Assembly: GCA_023139105.1 (NCBI GenBank)
Contig: JAGLOF010000016.1
Span: forward strand, 959 to 64,958
Length of the DNA stretch: 64,000 bases
DNA from: a bacterium
GTDB lineage: Bacteria > Zhuqueibacterota > QNDG01 > JAGLOF01
Direction: 5' to 3'
Below the pieces are notes generated by a model. The model ran no database searches. It was not told the origin of the DNA and saw nothing but the letters and a program-made list of their open reading frames with translations. Positions 25,689 to 36,362 of this stretch are shown piece after piece; the stretch's first letter is position 1; each line of letters begins with the position of its first letter. Both the position numbers and the translations under genes were made by a program.

Positions 25689-28043
25689 TTAAAAACTTCT
25701 ACCAAAGACAAAATGAGGTTTCCATTTAGCAGTTTTCAAACCTGCCTCATCAATATTATCAAAACCATATGCATAATCAAAACCTAACATGCCTACCATT
25801 GGCATAAATATACGTGCACCTATACCCACAGAACGTCTTAAGTTAAACGGGTCCATGGCTCCGACATCAAACCAGGTATTACCTGCTTCGGCAAAAATAA
25901 TTCCAAAAGCTACAGGATTATTGATTAAGGGGAAGCGCAGTTCAAACGTTGTCTTAAGCATGGCACGTCCACCCTCACTGCGATACTGGCCTCCTGCCAG
26001 AGGATCATCATAACCACGCAAAGGAATAGAACGGGACATACCGCTTCCGCCCATAAAATAATAATCAGTATATTGAATATGACTATCCTCTGAAAGCAGT
26101 TCCATAAAACCCATACTTGCGCGTGCCAGAAATACTATACGGGGTGAAAGCGCAGGCAGGAAAAACTCTGCATTAAACTCATGTTTATGATAGCCTACAT
26201 TGCCACCCAGAGGGCCTCCGGCTAAAGTAGCCGTATAGCTTACTTTTGATCCGCGTGTAGGAAATTCAGGGTTATCCAGACTATTACGGCTGAATATCTG
26301 AGTTATACTGCTGGTAGTCAAAGGCCAATCTTCATTTACAATATTATTCGGATTATATTGAATAATATATTCGGCAAAATCTGAAAGTTCTGTCTCATCG
26401 TAACGATAGATCAAGTCTGATCTGAAATAATTATCAGGCCATGAGAGGCGGCGGCCGGAACGGATAGAGAATCCACGGCTTCTCTGAGAGTAACCGATAT
26501 AATAAGCATCACGTTTTATGTCATGGACAGAAAAACCCAGCAGTGTCGGAGTGTTCATGAACCATGGCTCATTAAAACTAAGGCTGAATGAGCGGTAGTA
26601 TCGGCCAAAATTCCAGTCCAGACTCAACGCCTGACCATTTCCAAAAAGATTATTCATACCCAGACCGATACTGCCAATTAACTTATCCAGTTCGCTCCAA
26701 CCAATGGACAAGTTTGCGGTCTGTGTTGATTTTTCATCTACCTGAAAAGAAAGATCCATCTTTGCCTGATCACCAACAGGAACGGCGTTAGGCACAACAT
26801 TGGAAAAGAAGTTAAGCATCATTAAATCCCGTGCGCTTCGCATCAGTAACTCTTTACTGAAGACATCACCGGGATGAATACGGAGCTGACGCCGTATGAC
26901 TCTTTCTTTTGTAGATGTATTACCGGATATATGTATTTTCCTGATAGTTACGGGATTAGCCTCTTCAATCAGGAATGTCACATCCAGAGTATCAGCCCCG
27001 CGGAGCTTCTCAACAGGATTTATCTGTGCATAGATATATCCGCGATCCCAATAAGCACCCTGAATTTTTTCATAAATGGATTCGGTGAATTTTTTCTCAC
27101 TAAATTGATCACCTTCTTTAAATGTAACCAGTGTTGCCAATTCAGTCTCATCAAGCAAGGCATTACCTTCCCATTCCAGCTTGCCGAAATAGTACTTTAC
27201 ACCTTCACTAACCCACAGATCGATAAACATGTCTGTTCTAGCGTCATCATAATAAAGAGAATCTCTGAGTACGGCAGCATCACGATAACCCTCATTATGG
27301 TAAAATTCTAAAATCTTCTCTTTATCAGCAACGAACTTTTCCTTATCAAAGTTACCACCGCGCCACCATCTGTCTTCCTTGGTTTTCTTTAATTGCTTGC
27401 GCAATTTTCCATCGGAAAAATTCTGATTGCCAAAGAATCGAATGCGCTTAATCTGAACTTTGCTGCCTTCATTGATCTTTATCTTTAATATTACACGACC
27501 CTGGGTATCGGAATCAATTACCTCAGGTTCTACCTCAGCCAATGTATAACCTTTTTCAGCGTACATTTCAATTATGCTACGCCTGGCCTTGGCAACATCG
27601 CTCATATTCAATACCTGTCCGCGATAAAAACCAATATCTTCTTCCAGTTCCCTGGTCTTGATCTTATCATTTCCCTCAATGACTACTTTTTCCAGTTTCG
27701 GGTATTCTTTCACATGGATTGTCAGGTAGACACCATCACCGACTTGCCGGTCCAGTGTAACCCGGACATCGGAAAAAACACCAAGTGCCCAAACCTGACG
27801 GATAGCTTTCTGCATATCATCCCATGTAATCGTCTTTCCTTCACGCAGGCCGGAACTCAACCTCACAACGCTGGCCGCAGCGTTTTTATTTCCGGATACA
27901 GACACACCCAATACTTTGGCAGGCAGGACATTTTGTGCATGCAGAGAAGAGACTGTAAGCAAAAGTCCAATAAAAATTCGTATGAAATTAATGTAATACC
28001 GCTTCAAAAAACAAGACCTCCAATAAAAATTATCTTTTAACAT
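25689..28043 (-). CDS. bamA: outer-membrane protein assembly factor BamA
   Basis: 784 aa with POTRA repeats and a C-terminal beta-barrel ending ...HFVFGRSF. The start is uncertain (a TTG at 28007 is possible). Confidence 0.9.
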   Translation of the reverse strand: MLKDNFYWRSCFLKRYYINFIRIFIGLLLTVSSLHAQNVLPAKVLGVSVSGNKNAAASVVRLSSGLREGKTITWDDMQKAIRQVWALGVFSDVRVTLDRQVGDGVYLTIHVKEYPKLEKVVIEGNDKIKTRELEEDIGFYRGQVLNMSDVAKARRSIIEMYAEKGYTLAEVEPEVIDSDTQGRVILKIKINEGSKVQIKRIRFFGNQNFSDGKLRKQLKKTKEDRWWRGGNFDKEKFVADKEKILEFYHNEGYRDAAVLRDSLYYDDARTDMFIDLWVSEGVKYYFGKLEWEGNALLDETELATLVTFKEGDQFSEKKFTESIYEKIQGAYWDRGYIYAQINPVEKLRGADTLDVTFLIEEANPVTIRKIHISGNTSTKERVIRRQLRIHPGDVFSKELLMRSARDLMMLNFFSNVVPNAVPVGDQAKMDLSFQVDEKSTQTANLSIGWSELDKLIGSIGLGMNNLFGNGQALSLDWNFGRYYRSFSLSFNEPWFMNTPTLLGFSVHDIKRDAYYIGYSQRSRGFSIRSGRRLSWPDNYFRSDLIYRYDETELSDFAEYIIQYNPNNIVNEDWPLTTSSITQIFSRNSLDNPEFPTRGSKVSYTATLAGGPLGGNVGYHKHEFNAEFFLPALSPRIVFLARASMGFMELLSEDSHIQYTDYYFMGGSGMSRSIPLRGYDDPLAGGQYRSEGGRAMLKTTFELRFPLINNPVAFGIIFAEAGNTWFDVGAMDPFNLRRSVGIGARIFMPMVGMLGFDYAYGFDNIDEAGLKTAKWKPHFVFGRSF

Positions 28044-28078
28044 ACAAAAATTTAGTTTTCTTGTAAAGCAAAAACAAT

Positions 28079-31000
28079 TTAAAACGGGAAAACATGTCTC
28101 AACCAGATACGTTTATCCTCTCTCCGTTCAGATAATAGTTGAGTATCGTACATATATTCCATCTCTAAAAACAAATCCGGCTTGATTGTATATTCCAAAA
28201 TCAAAGCATGACGCATTCCAATTCTACCCTCAATAGGATAGTGATATCTGTAACCATCATGAATCTGTCCCGAATAAGAGATGAAGAAACCGGGAGAAAA
28301 GTATTTGCCCAATGTTAACTTTGTACTCCGCAACAACGCCCAGGGATCCCATTCTCTTTGAGAAAGTCTGTTTAATTGAAAAATATTTCGACTGAACATA
28401 GAAGAAACATGTACGACATCGAGACCAAGATGTCTTCTTAAACCTTTCTCAATAGGACGAAAAATAGGCCGAAAGACTCTATTTTCCACCTGCATGCCAA
28501 GGGCCTTATATGCCCTTTCACGAAAATGTGCAGTTGAATAACCAAGAGAAGCCATTAGATCTGCCTCTGTGCGGCCCATATTAGGATTATCCGTAGAAAA
28601 ACGAAAACGCACTTTCTCCCAGGGCCCGCCGGACTTCTCAATTCCCGTCTCATCGTCCACAGATGTAATATTCAGCCATACGGTTGAAGGTACTCCCAGG
28701 GAATCGATAATCGTTGTAAAAGCCCTTCCGGAGATAAAGGGGCTATCAGCTCCTCTGGGAAATTCAAATACAATTCGCTCCGGCCTGAAAAGATGGTCAA
28801 GAATTTCTATGGTGCCCCCTGTAGATACCAGATGGCCATAAACCGACAGATCTCCATCATCGATGATACCATTTAAACTCAGGCTGCCCAGACGCTCTCT
28901 CAATTGGAGATCGACATATACATTGCCTACCGGATTATTAATACGCTTGAAATAACGAACATCTTTCATTGGGACTATAGACACATCAAGGTCAAGCTCT
29001 TTGAGAAAATCTACATTCGCGCCTTTTCCATCTCCGCCAAGGCTCAGAAAAGGATATGTCAACCTCTGTCCGGAGACTTCAAATTTTCCGTGAACCAGCG
29101 GATTAGATGATGGGCCCGTCAACATGAAATCAACATCCTCGGTCTTGCCACAGAAAGAGAACCAGCCTCTCTCATCTTTCTCCATAAGACCGGGTATATG
29201 AAGACGTATTCCTCTGTCATCAGTAATAAAATGAATTCTGCCCAGTCCGATATTCAAATTCGGGATTGTCAATGGTGGTGCAGCAACATCCATCTCATTA
29301 AAGACTTGCAGGCGCCCACCGCCAATATCAGCTTCAAATTGTTCTATATGTAAAAAACGCCTCTCCTGCTCCAGCTTCCCACGCCCGGCGATGTTTTTGA
29401 TCCGGCGTGCAACATCTGCAAGCTCCAATGCACCATCGTTAAAAGAAAAACGCGTACTGCCCAGCGTCCAACCCTCACGTATCTTACCCCACCTCATCAT
29501 CAACTCACCATTACTCTTCGCAGATTTTACAAATGAAGTAACATCTGTAAGCAGTCCCAGCACATTACCGCGAGCCAGCACGGAAATATCAGACTGATCA
29601 AGACCTCCATGGGCTACCTGTCCCCAGAAAAGTATCTCCAGATCATCATCACGTTCTATCAGGCCACGTTTTATTGAGAGTAATCCCGAAGGAAAAGCAT
29701 GCTCCTTTGAAGTAGTATCAGCAAGCTCCATCACCAGACGCTTGAATCCAAAAGGCCCTACTGCACCATTCTCAAGTGAAAGTTCCCCATTAATTACCGG
29801 AGTGTCTATGGCACCGCCAACATTGAGACGCACACTGCCACGTCCCTTTAAAACATTCTTTTTTCCTGTCAATGCGTAGACAAGGTCTCCCCAGTCAACG
29901 CGTTCACCAACAATGGTACCTGAAAGACTGTCCGATTTCTGCCGCGTTACCAAACCTGAAAACAAACGCTCATCATTTCGACGTAATTCAAAATCAAATT
30001 TTTTAAAAGTACCATTCTCTCGCAGGAACCCGGCTTCTCCCTCATATAAGTTTTCTGAATAAAAACTTCCATTTCCAAGTTTTAAATCAACACGTATTCT
30101 TGGATTGTCTATGTCTCCCGACCATGTAATACCACCATCCAGATCGCCGGAATACGGAAGTAATTCTGAAAAAGCTCCATGCAGATCACTGAGTTTAAAA
30201 TCATTTAAAGCAAGTGTTCCCAGCTGCGGAACCCTGGTACTCAAGGGAAGCTCACCTTTAAATTTAATAAAATCTTCTATACCTGCTTTATGGATAACAA
30301 TACGCCCATCTTTATTCACTGCATTAATATGCCAATGGACAGGTTGATTATCGTCTCCATAGTAGCGACCACTTAGATTAAAGGGGCGCAAAGAATCCTC
30401 ATAAGAATTCAACGAAAAGTCAACAACAGTCCTTAGCCCCATCTCTCCGGGTCTATCACCTTGCCCCTCAACTCTCCAATTTTCCGGTATACCGGAAAAA
30501 CTTCCTGCCATTCTAACATTTTCAAGATACGTGGCAACGCCTTCACCTGTGAGCGGAAGTAGCAACCGCTCAATACCCTGTGCAGAGACCTGCCATGCAA
30601 GCTCTTCAGAGTAGAGGTTGATTATTTCTCCATGTGCCTCAAACGGCCCGTTTGAATGAACGGTTAAATGAGCCGAACGATCTTGATAGTTTAAACGCGG
30701 AAATATTTTTAAACTGTCACCGGAAGTAAAATGCGGTACAACACATCCGTCTCCAATGCCGTGCATATGTTTAATCGGCCCTTTTAGGGCAATACCCCAA
30801 TCGAGGCGACAATAAGGAATAAGCTCACTGACCGCAGACGGAAAGAGCCTTGATGCATCTCCATTGAGCCTGACCTCTACATTTGTATAAAGCGAGTCCG
30901 AATGCAGGTCTATCGCACCATCCATAATCAGACTGATACTGCCAATTTGTTTTCCGGCGCCGGAAAATGACAGCTGACCGCCGGACAAATCAACATGAGA

Positions 31001-32143
31001 TTTAAAACTATCCATCGGGATTGAATAAATAGAAAGCCCCTGCCCTGAAAGCGATGCACTTACTTGAGGAGAGGTAATAGGACCGACTACAGAGACCCGA
31101 ACATTGGCATTACCATAAATGCGGGGAGCACCCTCGTTCATGAGTACAGAGAAAAATGGTTGAAGGTGGAATTCCGGTATAGAAATCTCTGCATCAATAA
31201 TCGGATCAAGAATAGAGCTAATCCGGCCCTCCAGAGTCACCCGTGAATTATTAAACCTGTCAACAGTTGCAGAAACAGCCAGGCCTCCATCTATGATACG
31301 GGCATCCATCTGAATGGATTCAAATACCAAATTTGCCTGGGCCAGTCTGAAATCAGCATCACGCAATCTGATGAATCCACCTGCACCAACACTTTTTTCA
31401 TAGGTAATTTCACCATCAAGACGACCGCTGCTCACCTGGATATAATCGGGCAGAATAAAGGGGAGTTGCTCTGCCGGTTCTGAATCCAAAACCTCTGCAT
31501 TACACCATATCATGCGACCGGCAAGCAGATTCACTCTTCCGTCAATCTTGACATTTTCATCAGGTGAATTAAAAATATGACCATCCAGCCTGATCTGAGC
31601 AGAATCCGGCGGCGCAGCATGCATCCAGCCGTTTAAGTCATGGCCAAGACGTGTTCTCCTGCCGGTCGAATCTTCGACGATAATTCTGGCGTCAACCAAG
31701 GTAATTCGCCGCACACCCAACACTTCTGCGGCAATTGATTGAAGATCAACAACTGCTGTTGATGTATCTGATACACTTGAGGTTGTTTTATATGGTCTGA
31801 TTATCAAAGAGGGCCGTATAATAATGGCATCATGGGGAATACGGTGAGGGACAAAACCATAACGTATTAAATTGAACAGACTATAACCAAGACAGATTTC
31901 ATCTATCTCTAGACGGAAAGAATTATCCTTGGGCACTACCGTAACATCCCTGAAATGAATGCTGGACAACCTGACATCCATATTAACGATCTGTGTCTCT
32001 TCAGAGAGATAGGGACGCACTCCATCCAGAATGAGCGTTTTTATACGCTCATTGGCTGCTGTCAACCGCCAGCTGACATAACCTGCGGCTACAAAAGCGA
32101 CTAATGAACCTGCCAGGATAAGAATCCATTTACGAGTACGCAT
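28079..32143 (-). CDS. tamB: TamB-like translocation and assembly module protein (AsmA/DUF490 family)
   Basis: 1354 aa with a single N-terminal TM (WILILAGSLVAFVAAGYV), a long beta-rich body, and a DUF490-like C-terminus ending ...WLRHVFPF. Confidence 0.8.
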   Translation of the reverse strand: MRTRKWILILAGSLVAFVAAGYVSWRLTAANERIKTLILDGVRPYLSEETQIVNMDVRLSSIHFRDVTVVPKDNSFRLEIDEICLGYSLFNLIRYGFVPHRIPHDAIIIRPSLIIRPYKTTSSVSDTSTAVVDLQSIAAEVLGVRRITLVDARIIVEDSTGRRTRLGHDLNGWMHAAPPDSAQIRLDGHIFNSPDENVKIDGRVNLLAGRMIWCNAEVLDSEPAEQLPFILPDYIQVSSGRLDGEITYEKSVGAGGFIRLRDADFRLAQANLVFESIQMDARIIDGGLAVSATVDRFNNSRVTLEGRISSILDPIIDAEISIPEFHLQPFFSVLMNEGAPRIYGNANVRVSVVGPITSPQVSASLSGQGLSIYSIPMDSFKSHVDLSGGQLSFSGAGKQIGSISLIMDGAIDLHSDSLYTNVEVRLNGDASRLFPSAVSELIPYCRLDWGIALKGPIKHMHGIGDGCVVPHFTSGDSLKIFPRLNYQDRSAHLTVHSNGPFEAHGEIINLYSEELAWQVSAQGIERLLLPLTGEGVATYLENVRMAGSFSGIPENWRVEGQGDRPGEMGLRTVVDFSLNSYEDSLRPFNLSGRYYGDDNQPVHWHINAVNKDGRIVIHKAGIEDFIKFKGELPLSTRVPQLGTLALNDFKLSDLHGAFSELLPYSGDLDGGITWSGDIDNPRIRVDLKLGNGSFYSENLYEGEAGFLRENGTFKKFDFELRRNDERLFSGLVTRQKSDSLSGTIVGERVDWGDLVYALTGKKNVLKGRGSVRLNVGGAIDTPVINGELSLENGAVGPFGFKRLVMELADTTSKEHAFPSGLLSIKRGLIERDDDLEILFWGQVAHGGLDQSDISVLARGNVLGLLTDVTSFVKSAKSNGELMMRWGKIREGWTLGSTRFSFNDGALELADVARRIKNIAGRGKLEQERRFLHIEQFEADIGGGRLQVFNEMDVAAPPLTIPNLNIGLGRIHFITDDRGIRLHIPGLMEKDERGWFSFCGKTEDVDFMLTGPSSNPLVHGKFEVSGQRLTYPFLSLGGDGKGANVDFLKELDLDVSIVPMKDVRYFKRINNPVGNVYVDLQLRERLGSLSLNGIIDDGDLSVYGHLVSTGGTIEILDHLFRPERIVFEFPRGADSPFISGRAFTTIIDSLGVPSTVWLNITSVDDETGIEKSGGPWEKVRFRFSTDNPNMGRTEADLMASLGYSTAHFRERAYKALGMQVENRVFRPIFRPIEKGLRRHLGLDVVHVSSMFSRNIFQLNRLSQREWDPWALLRSTKLTLGKYFSPGFFISYSGQIHDGYRYHYPIEGRIGMRHALILEYTIKPDLFLEMEYMYDTQLLSERREDKRIWLRHVFPF

Positions 32144-32285
32144 TTTTATATATGAGATTACGGTCTTTAATAGATTTACCGTCTATCTCATTTAACTCCT
32201 GCTGTAATTCATATTATTGAAAACTATACTAACTTAACCTGCGGTTTGCAAAGTGAAATGCATTAAGGAGAGACAAACTGTTATC

Positions 32286-32310
32286 ATCCCCAAATACTTC
32301 AATCGGGGAT
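32286..32310. repeat. REP-like hairpin (ATCCCC-N13-GGGGAT)
   Basis: Read directly in the uppS-tamB gap. A related degenerate copy lies near 45585-45612. Confidence 0.6.
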
Positions 32311-32419
32311 CTGTAAAATTAAATACTCTGGCTTATATTATAGTCCCCGAAAACATCTACTATGTTCTTGTATAGTATTAGACGTTCGGAACAACTTGTA
32401 GTTCCCTCAAACAGCCTAT

Positions 32420-33184
32420 TTACCGTCCTTGAGTGACTTGATCACCCACAAGCCCAAATCGTCGCTCTCTATCTTGAAAAGCATTAATTGCTTTTAACAG
32501 ATCAGCCTTTTTAAAATCAGGCCAGAAGACAGGGGTAGCATATAGTTCGGTATATGCCAATTGCCACAGAAGAAAATTTGATAATCTTAATTCACCGCTG
32601 GTACGAATAAGCAGATCGGGATCCGGCAGGCCGGCAGTATAAAGTGCATCTGAAAAAACATCTTCATTAATATCATCCAAAGACAGACTGCCGTCTTTAA
32701 CCTTCCCGGCTATGCTGCGTACTGCATGAATCATCTCTTGACGGCTTCCATAATTTAAAGCCAGGTTCAAAGATAGTCCGGTATTGGCCGATGTCTTGAC
32801 AACACCGTCTCTCATGGCCTTGGCTGCATCAGGGGGCAGTCTGTCCAAATCGCCTAAAATACGCAGCCTGACATTATTCTTCATGAGATCATTTATCTCT
32901 TTCCGCAAAGTCATGAGTAATAACTTCATTAAAGCAGAGACCTCGTCAGCAGGCCGCCGCCAATTTTCCGTTGAAAATGTGTAGAGAGTGAGGGCGTCAA
33001 TATTCATTTCACCACAGAGTTCAACAATTCGCCTGACAGCTTTTACCCCTTCTCTATGACCGGCAACACGTGGTAGGCCTCTGCTCTTGGCCCAGCGCCC
33101 ATTACCATCCATAATTATTGCAATATGTCGAGGCAAATTTTCCGGCTCAAACTTCGGAGAATCTACGGTATTTTTTGATGTCAC
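32420..33184 (-). CDS. uppS: isoprenyl transferase (undecaprenyl-diphosphate synthase)
   Basis: 254 aa with IAIIMDGNGRWA and RTSGELRLSNFLLWQ blocks; GTG start. Confidence 0.95.
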   Translation of the reverse strand: MTSKNTVDSPKFEPENLPRHIAIIMDGNGRWAKSRGLPRVAGHREGVKAVRRIVELCGEMNIDALTLYTFSTENWRRPADEVSALMKLLLMTLRKEINDLMKNNVRLRILGDLDRLPPDAAKAMRDGVVKTSANTGLSLNLALNYGSRQEMIHAVRSIAGKVKDGSLSLDDINEDVFSDALYTAGLPDPDLLIRTSGELRLSNFLLWQLAYTELYATPVFWPDFKKADLLKAINAFQDRERRFGLVGDQVTQGR

Positions 33185-33261
33185 CTTCTGCTCCCAATCC
33201 TATGAAAAACAAAATATAAAGTACAATTAACCTTCAAAAAAGTCAAGAACTTGTTTAGCTA

Positions 33262-33290
33262 TTGACAAGTCTGTTAAAGTTGCGTATTTT
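33262..33290 (+). promoter_or_regulatory. sigma70-like promoter for moxR
   Basis: TTGACA(33262-33267)-N17-TATTTT(33285-33290), 38 nt upstream of ATG 33328. Confidence 0.55.
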
Positions 33291-33327
33291 CAAATTCTAT
33301 TTCATGCTAATTAAGCTGTGGTATTCT

Positions 33328-34326
33328 ATGTCTGATAATCCATCTAAATCTTCTGATGCCCATCTGCTCCAATCACTCTGTGATGCCAGGGAAACTCTGT
33401 CATCACAGATCGCTAAAAAGATAATCGGGCAACAAAAAATAATTGACAATCTACTCATTGCCCTGTTTGCAAGAGGGCACTGTCTGCTTATCGGAGTTCC
33501 CGGCCTTGCAAAAACACTATTGATCTCCACACTTGCTCAAGCTCTGGATATGAAATTTAACAGAATTCAATTTACGCCTGACCTGATGCCCTCTGATATC
33601 ACAGGAACAGAAATACTGGAAGAAGACAGGTCAACGGGACAAAAATATTTTCGTTTTATCAAAGGTCCTGTTTTTTCACAGATACTCTTGGCAGATGAGA
33701 TCAACAGAACGCCTCCGAAAACGCAGGCCGCCCTCCTTCAGGCAATGCAGGAGTATCAGGTTAGTGCTGCTGGAGAGACTCATATTCTGGACAAACCCTT
33801 TTTTGTGCTGGCAACACAAAATCCAATAGAACAAGAAGGAACATACCCGCTACCCGAGGCACAATTAGATCGCTTCTTCTTTAGCCTTTGGATTGACTAT
33901 CCCCAAAGAGACGAAGAAGTACAAATTGTCAGCTCCACGACAAAAGAAGAGACTGCGGCAGTCAAGGCTGTACTTAACGGAGAGACTATAGTGCGGCTTC
34001 AGGAGCTGGTGAGAAGAATTCCTGTGGCTCAACCTGTTGTGGAATATGCCGTTGATCTGGTCAGAAAAACACGCCCCCATGAACATAACACTCCAGCATT
34101 CATTCGTAAAGGTATTCGATGGGGTGCAGGGCCCAGAGCGGCTCAATCTCTCATTTTGGCCGCAAAAAGCCGTGCAGCACTAAACGGAAGAGGCACACCT
34201 GATATAGATGATGTACGTGAAGCGGCAATTCCTGTTCTTCGCCATAGACTTGTACTTACATTCAGCGCAGAGGCCGATGGCATGAGTGCTGTAGACATGG
34301 TCAATAATCTGCTCAGCACCACATAA
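33328..34326 (+). CDS. moxR: MoxR-family AAA+ ATPase
   Basis: ORF 33262..34326; the likely start is ATG 33328. Walker A GVPGLAKT, Walker B LLADEINRTPPKTQAALLQAMQE. Confidence 0.9.
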   Translation: MSDNPSKSSDAHLLQSLCDARETLSSQIAKKIIGQQKIIDNLLIALFARGHCLLIGVPGLAKTLLISTLAQALDMKFNRIQFTPDLMPSDITGTEILEEDRSTGQKYFRFIKGPVFSQILLADEINRTPPKTQAALLQAMQEYQVSAAGETHILDKPFFVLATQNPIEQEGTYPLPEAQLDRFFFSLWIDYPQRDEEVQIVSSTTKEETAAVKAVLNGETIVRLQELVRRIPVAQPVVEYAVDLVRKTRPHEHNTPAFIRKGIRWGAGPRAAQSLILAAKSRAALNGRGTPDIDDVREAAIPVLRHRLVLTFSAEADGMSAVDMVNNLLSTT

Positions 34327-34344
34327 TTTTGAAAGGATTTACAA

Positions 34345-34800
34345 ATGGGCTTTTGGAAAAATTTTACCGCTGATCTGACCGCTCCGGCTCAAGACAGTTC
34401 TGTTCCGGTTAAAATTGATAAAAAACTGGCTGCATGTGTGCTGCTTTTGGAGATGGCATATGCAGATGATGACTTTGGCAGCGAAGAGGAGACGGCTCTC
34501 ATACAAATATTAATGAATGATTTCAATCTCAGTCAGGAGGAGGCGGATGCACTTCACCGTGACAGTATAAAAGCACGCAAAGATGCTCTTGATTTATACT
34601 CCTTCACCGAAGCTCTCAATAAGCAGATGAGCAAGGCTGATAGAATTGGCATTGTTGAAAGGCTGTGGGAAATTGTATATGCAGACGGTCGTCTTGACGG
34701 CCATGAAGACCATTTGATACACAGACTGGCAGAACTGCTCCACCTTGAACACAGCCATTTGATAAACGCAAAACTTAAAGTGAAGCAGATGCATCAATAG
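34345..34800 (+). CDS. TerB-family (tellurite-resistance TerB-like) protein
   Basis: 151 aa with the duplicated A.AD..F...E pattern (LLEMAYADDDFGSEEE ... WEIVYADGRLDGHED). Confidence 0.65.
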   Translation: MGFWKNFTADLTAPAQDSSVPVKIDKKLAACVLLLEMAYADDDFGSEEETALIQILMNDFNLSQEEADALHRDSIKARKDALDLYSFTEALNKQMSKADRIGIVERLWEIVYADGRLDGHEDHLIHRLAELLHLEHSHLINAKLKVKQMHQ

Positions 34801-34823
34801 CAGCTATTCTTATGGAGAATGTA

Positions 34824-36245
34824 ATGCATAGAAAGACAAAAATTGTCTGTACTATCGGCCCGGCTACACGTTCGACCCGGCAGATCGAAGCACTGATAAA
34901 AGCAGGAATGAATGTTGCACGTCTGAATTTTTCTCATGAAGATCATGAGGCGCACGGCAAGGCCATCACCATAATACGCCAAAAAGCAAAAGAACTTGGC
35001 AAATCTGTAGCAATATTACAAGATCTTGCAGGCCCAAAAATACGAACAGGTAAGCTACTCAACGGACCAATCCTGCTTAAGGCCGGTGCATCTTTCATAC
35101 TTACCAGCCGCCAGGTTGATGGAGACATAAATGAAGTTGGCTTGACTTACAAGGGTCTTCCGGGAGATGTTAATCGTGGCGACACACTACTTCTGGCCGA
35201 TGGCGCAATTGAGCTGGAAATTTCAGATATTAAAGATACTGACATTCACTGCAAGGTCATTGTTGGCGGTTCCATGGGTTCAAACAAGGGAATTAACTTG
35301 CCGGACTCTACTATAGCCGCACCTATTCTCAGCAGCAAGGACAAGGCAGACCTGGCCTACGGACTTTCGCAGGATGTCGACTATATTGCACTCTCTTTTG
35401 TCAGAAACGCGGCAGATGTTATTTCCGTGCGAAAAATTTTAGATGAAGCTGATTCTGATACCCGTCTGATTGCTAAAATAGAAAAGCACGAGGCATTAAA
35501 CAGCATTGACGAGATACTGCCCCACGTTGATGCCATAATGGTTGCACGGGGTGACCTGGGCGTAGAAATCCCCATAGAACAGATACCTCGCAGTCAAAAA
35601 TATTTAATTGCCAAGGCTAATGCAGCCGGCAAACCCGTAATTACAGCGACACAAATGCTCATGTCCATGGTATCCAGCCCCAGACCTACACGGGCCGAAG
35701 TTACAGATGTTGCAAATGCTATTTTAGACGGTGCCGATGCAGTAATGCTCTCAGAGGAATCTGCTGTAGGTAAATACCCCATATTAGCGGTAGAAATGCT
35801 GAACAAGATAGCTCGCCAGACAGAGGCAACTTTCCCATTTACAAAATTCAGAGAGAGATACGACAAGACCGAACTTCTCACTCATCAGGAAGCAGTAGCA
35901 TCGTCTGCCTGCCGGTTGGCCGAGGCAATAGGTGCATCGGCAATTGCTACCTCAACCATGTCAGGCAGCACAACATGCATGGTTGCCAAATATAGACCTA
36001 AAGCCCCAATTCTTGCCTTAACACCAAATAGCCGCACCTTCCAACGCCTGGCATTGGTATGGGGAGCGGTTCCACTCTTGATGAAAACAGTTAATAACGA
36101 TGAAGACCTGGAAGCGCAATGCCTGGATCTGGCTGTAAAAGGTCGCTATATAAAACCTGGCCAGAACATAGTAATCACAGCCGGCATGCCGCTTAATGTT
36201 ACAGGTACAACAAATCTGATTAAAATTGTCACTGCCAAAAAATAA
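34824..36245 (+). CDS. pyk: pyruvate kinase
   Basis: ORF 34812..36245; the start is probably ATG 34824 (MHRKTKIVCTIGPA). MVARGDLGVEIP block present. Confidence 0.95.
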   Translation: MHRKTKIVCTIGPATRSTRQIEALIKAGMNVARLNFSHEDHEAHGKAITIIRQKAKELGKSVAILQDLAGPKIRTGKLLNGPILLKAGASFILTSRQVDGDINEVGLTYKGLPGDVNRGDTLLLADGAIELEISDIKDTDIHCKVIVGGSMGSNKGINLPDSTIAAPILSSKDKADLAYGLSQDVDYIALSFVRNAADVISVRKILDEADSDTRLIAKIEKHEALNSIDEILPHVDAIMVARGDLGVEIPIEQIPRSQKYLIAKANAAGKPVITATQMLMSMVSSPRPTRAEVTDVANAILDGADAVMLSEESAVGKYPILAVEMLNKIARQTEATFPFTKFRERYDKTELLTHQEAVASSACRLAEAIGASAIATSTMSGSTTCMVAKYRPKAPILALTPNSRTFQRLALVWGAVPLLMKTVNNDEDLEAQCLDLAVKGRYIKPGQNIVITAGMPLNVTGTTNLIKIVTAKK

Positions 36246-36263
36246 AAACCATAAGAGCTTAGA

Positions 36264-36319
36264 ATTTGTAATTTGTTATTTGTTATTTGTTATTTGTTAT
36301 TTGTTATTTGTGCTTTGTG
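36264..36319. repeat. heptanucleotide tandem array (ATTTGTT x6 plus variants)
   Basis: Read directly. It begins 19 nt after the pyk stop and lies upstream of the M28 peptidase gene. Confidence 0.9.
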
Positions 36320-36362
36320 CATATTATTTATAATTTTTATACTCGTAAGTGAGGCATATAAA

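Noticed and set aside
33185-33327. Replication origin at the point where gene orientation switches from all-minus to all-plus
   Set aside because: The divergent gap is only 143 bp. It contains a plausible moxR promoter but no TTATCCACA-type DnaA boxes or AT-rich unwinding repeats, and no dnaA/dnaN is nearby.
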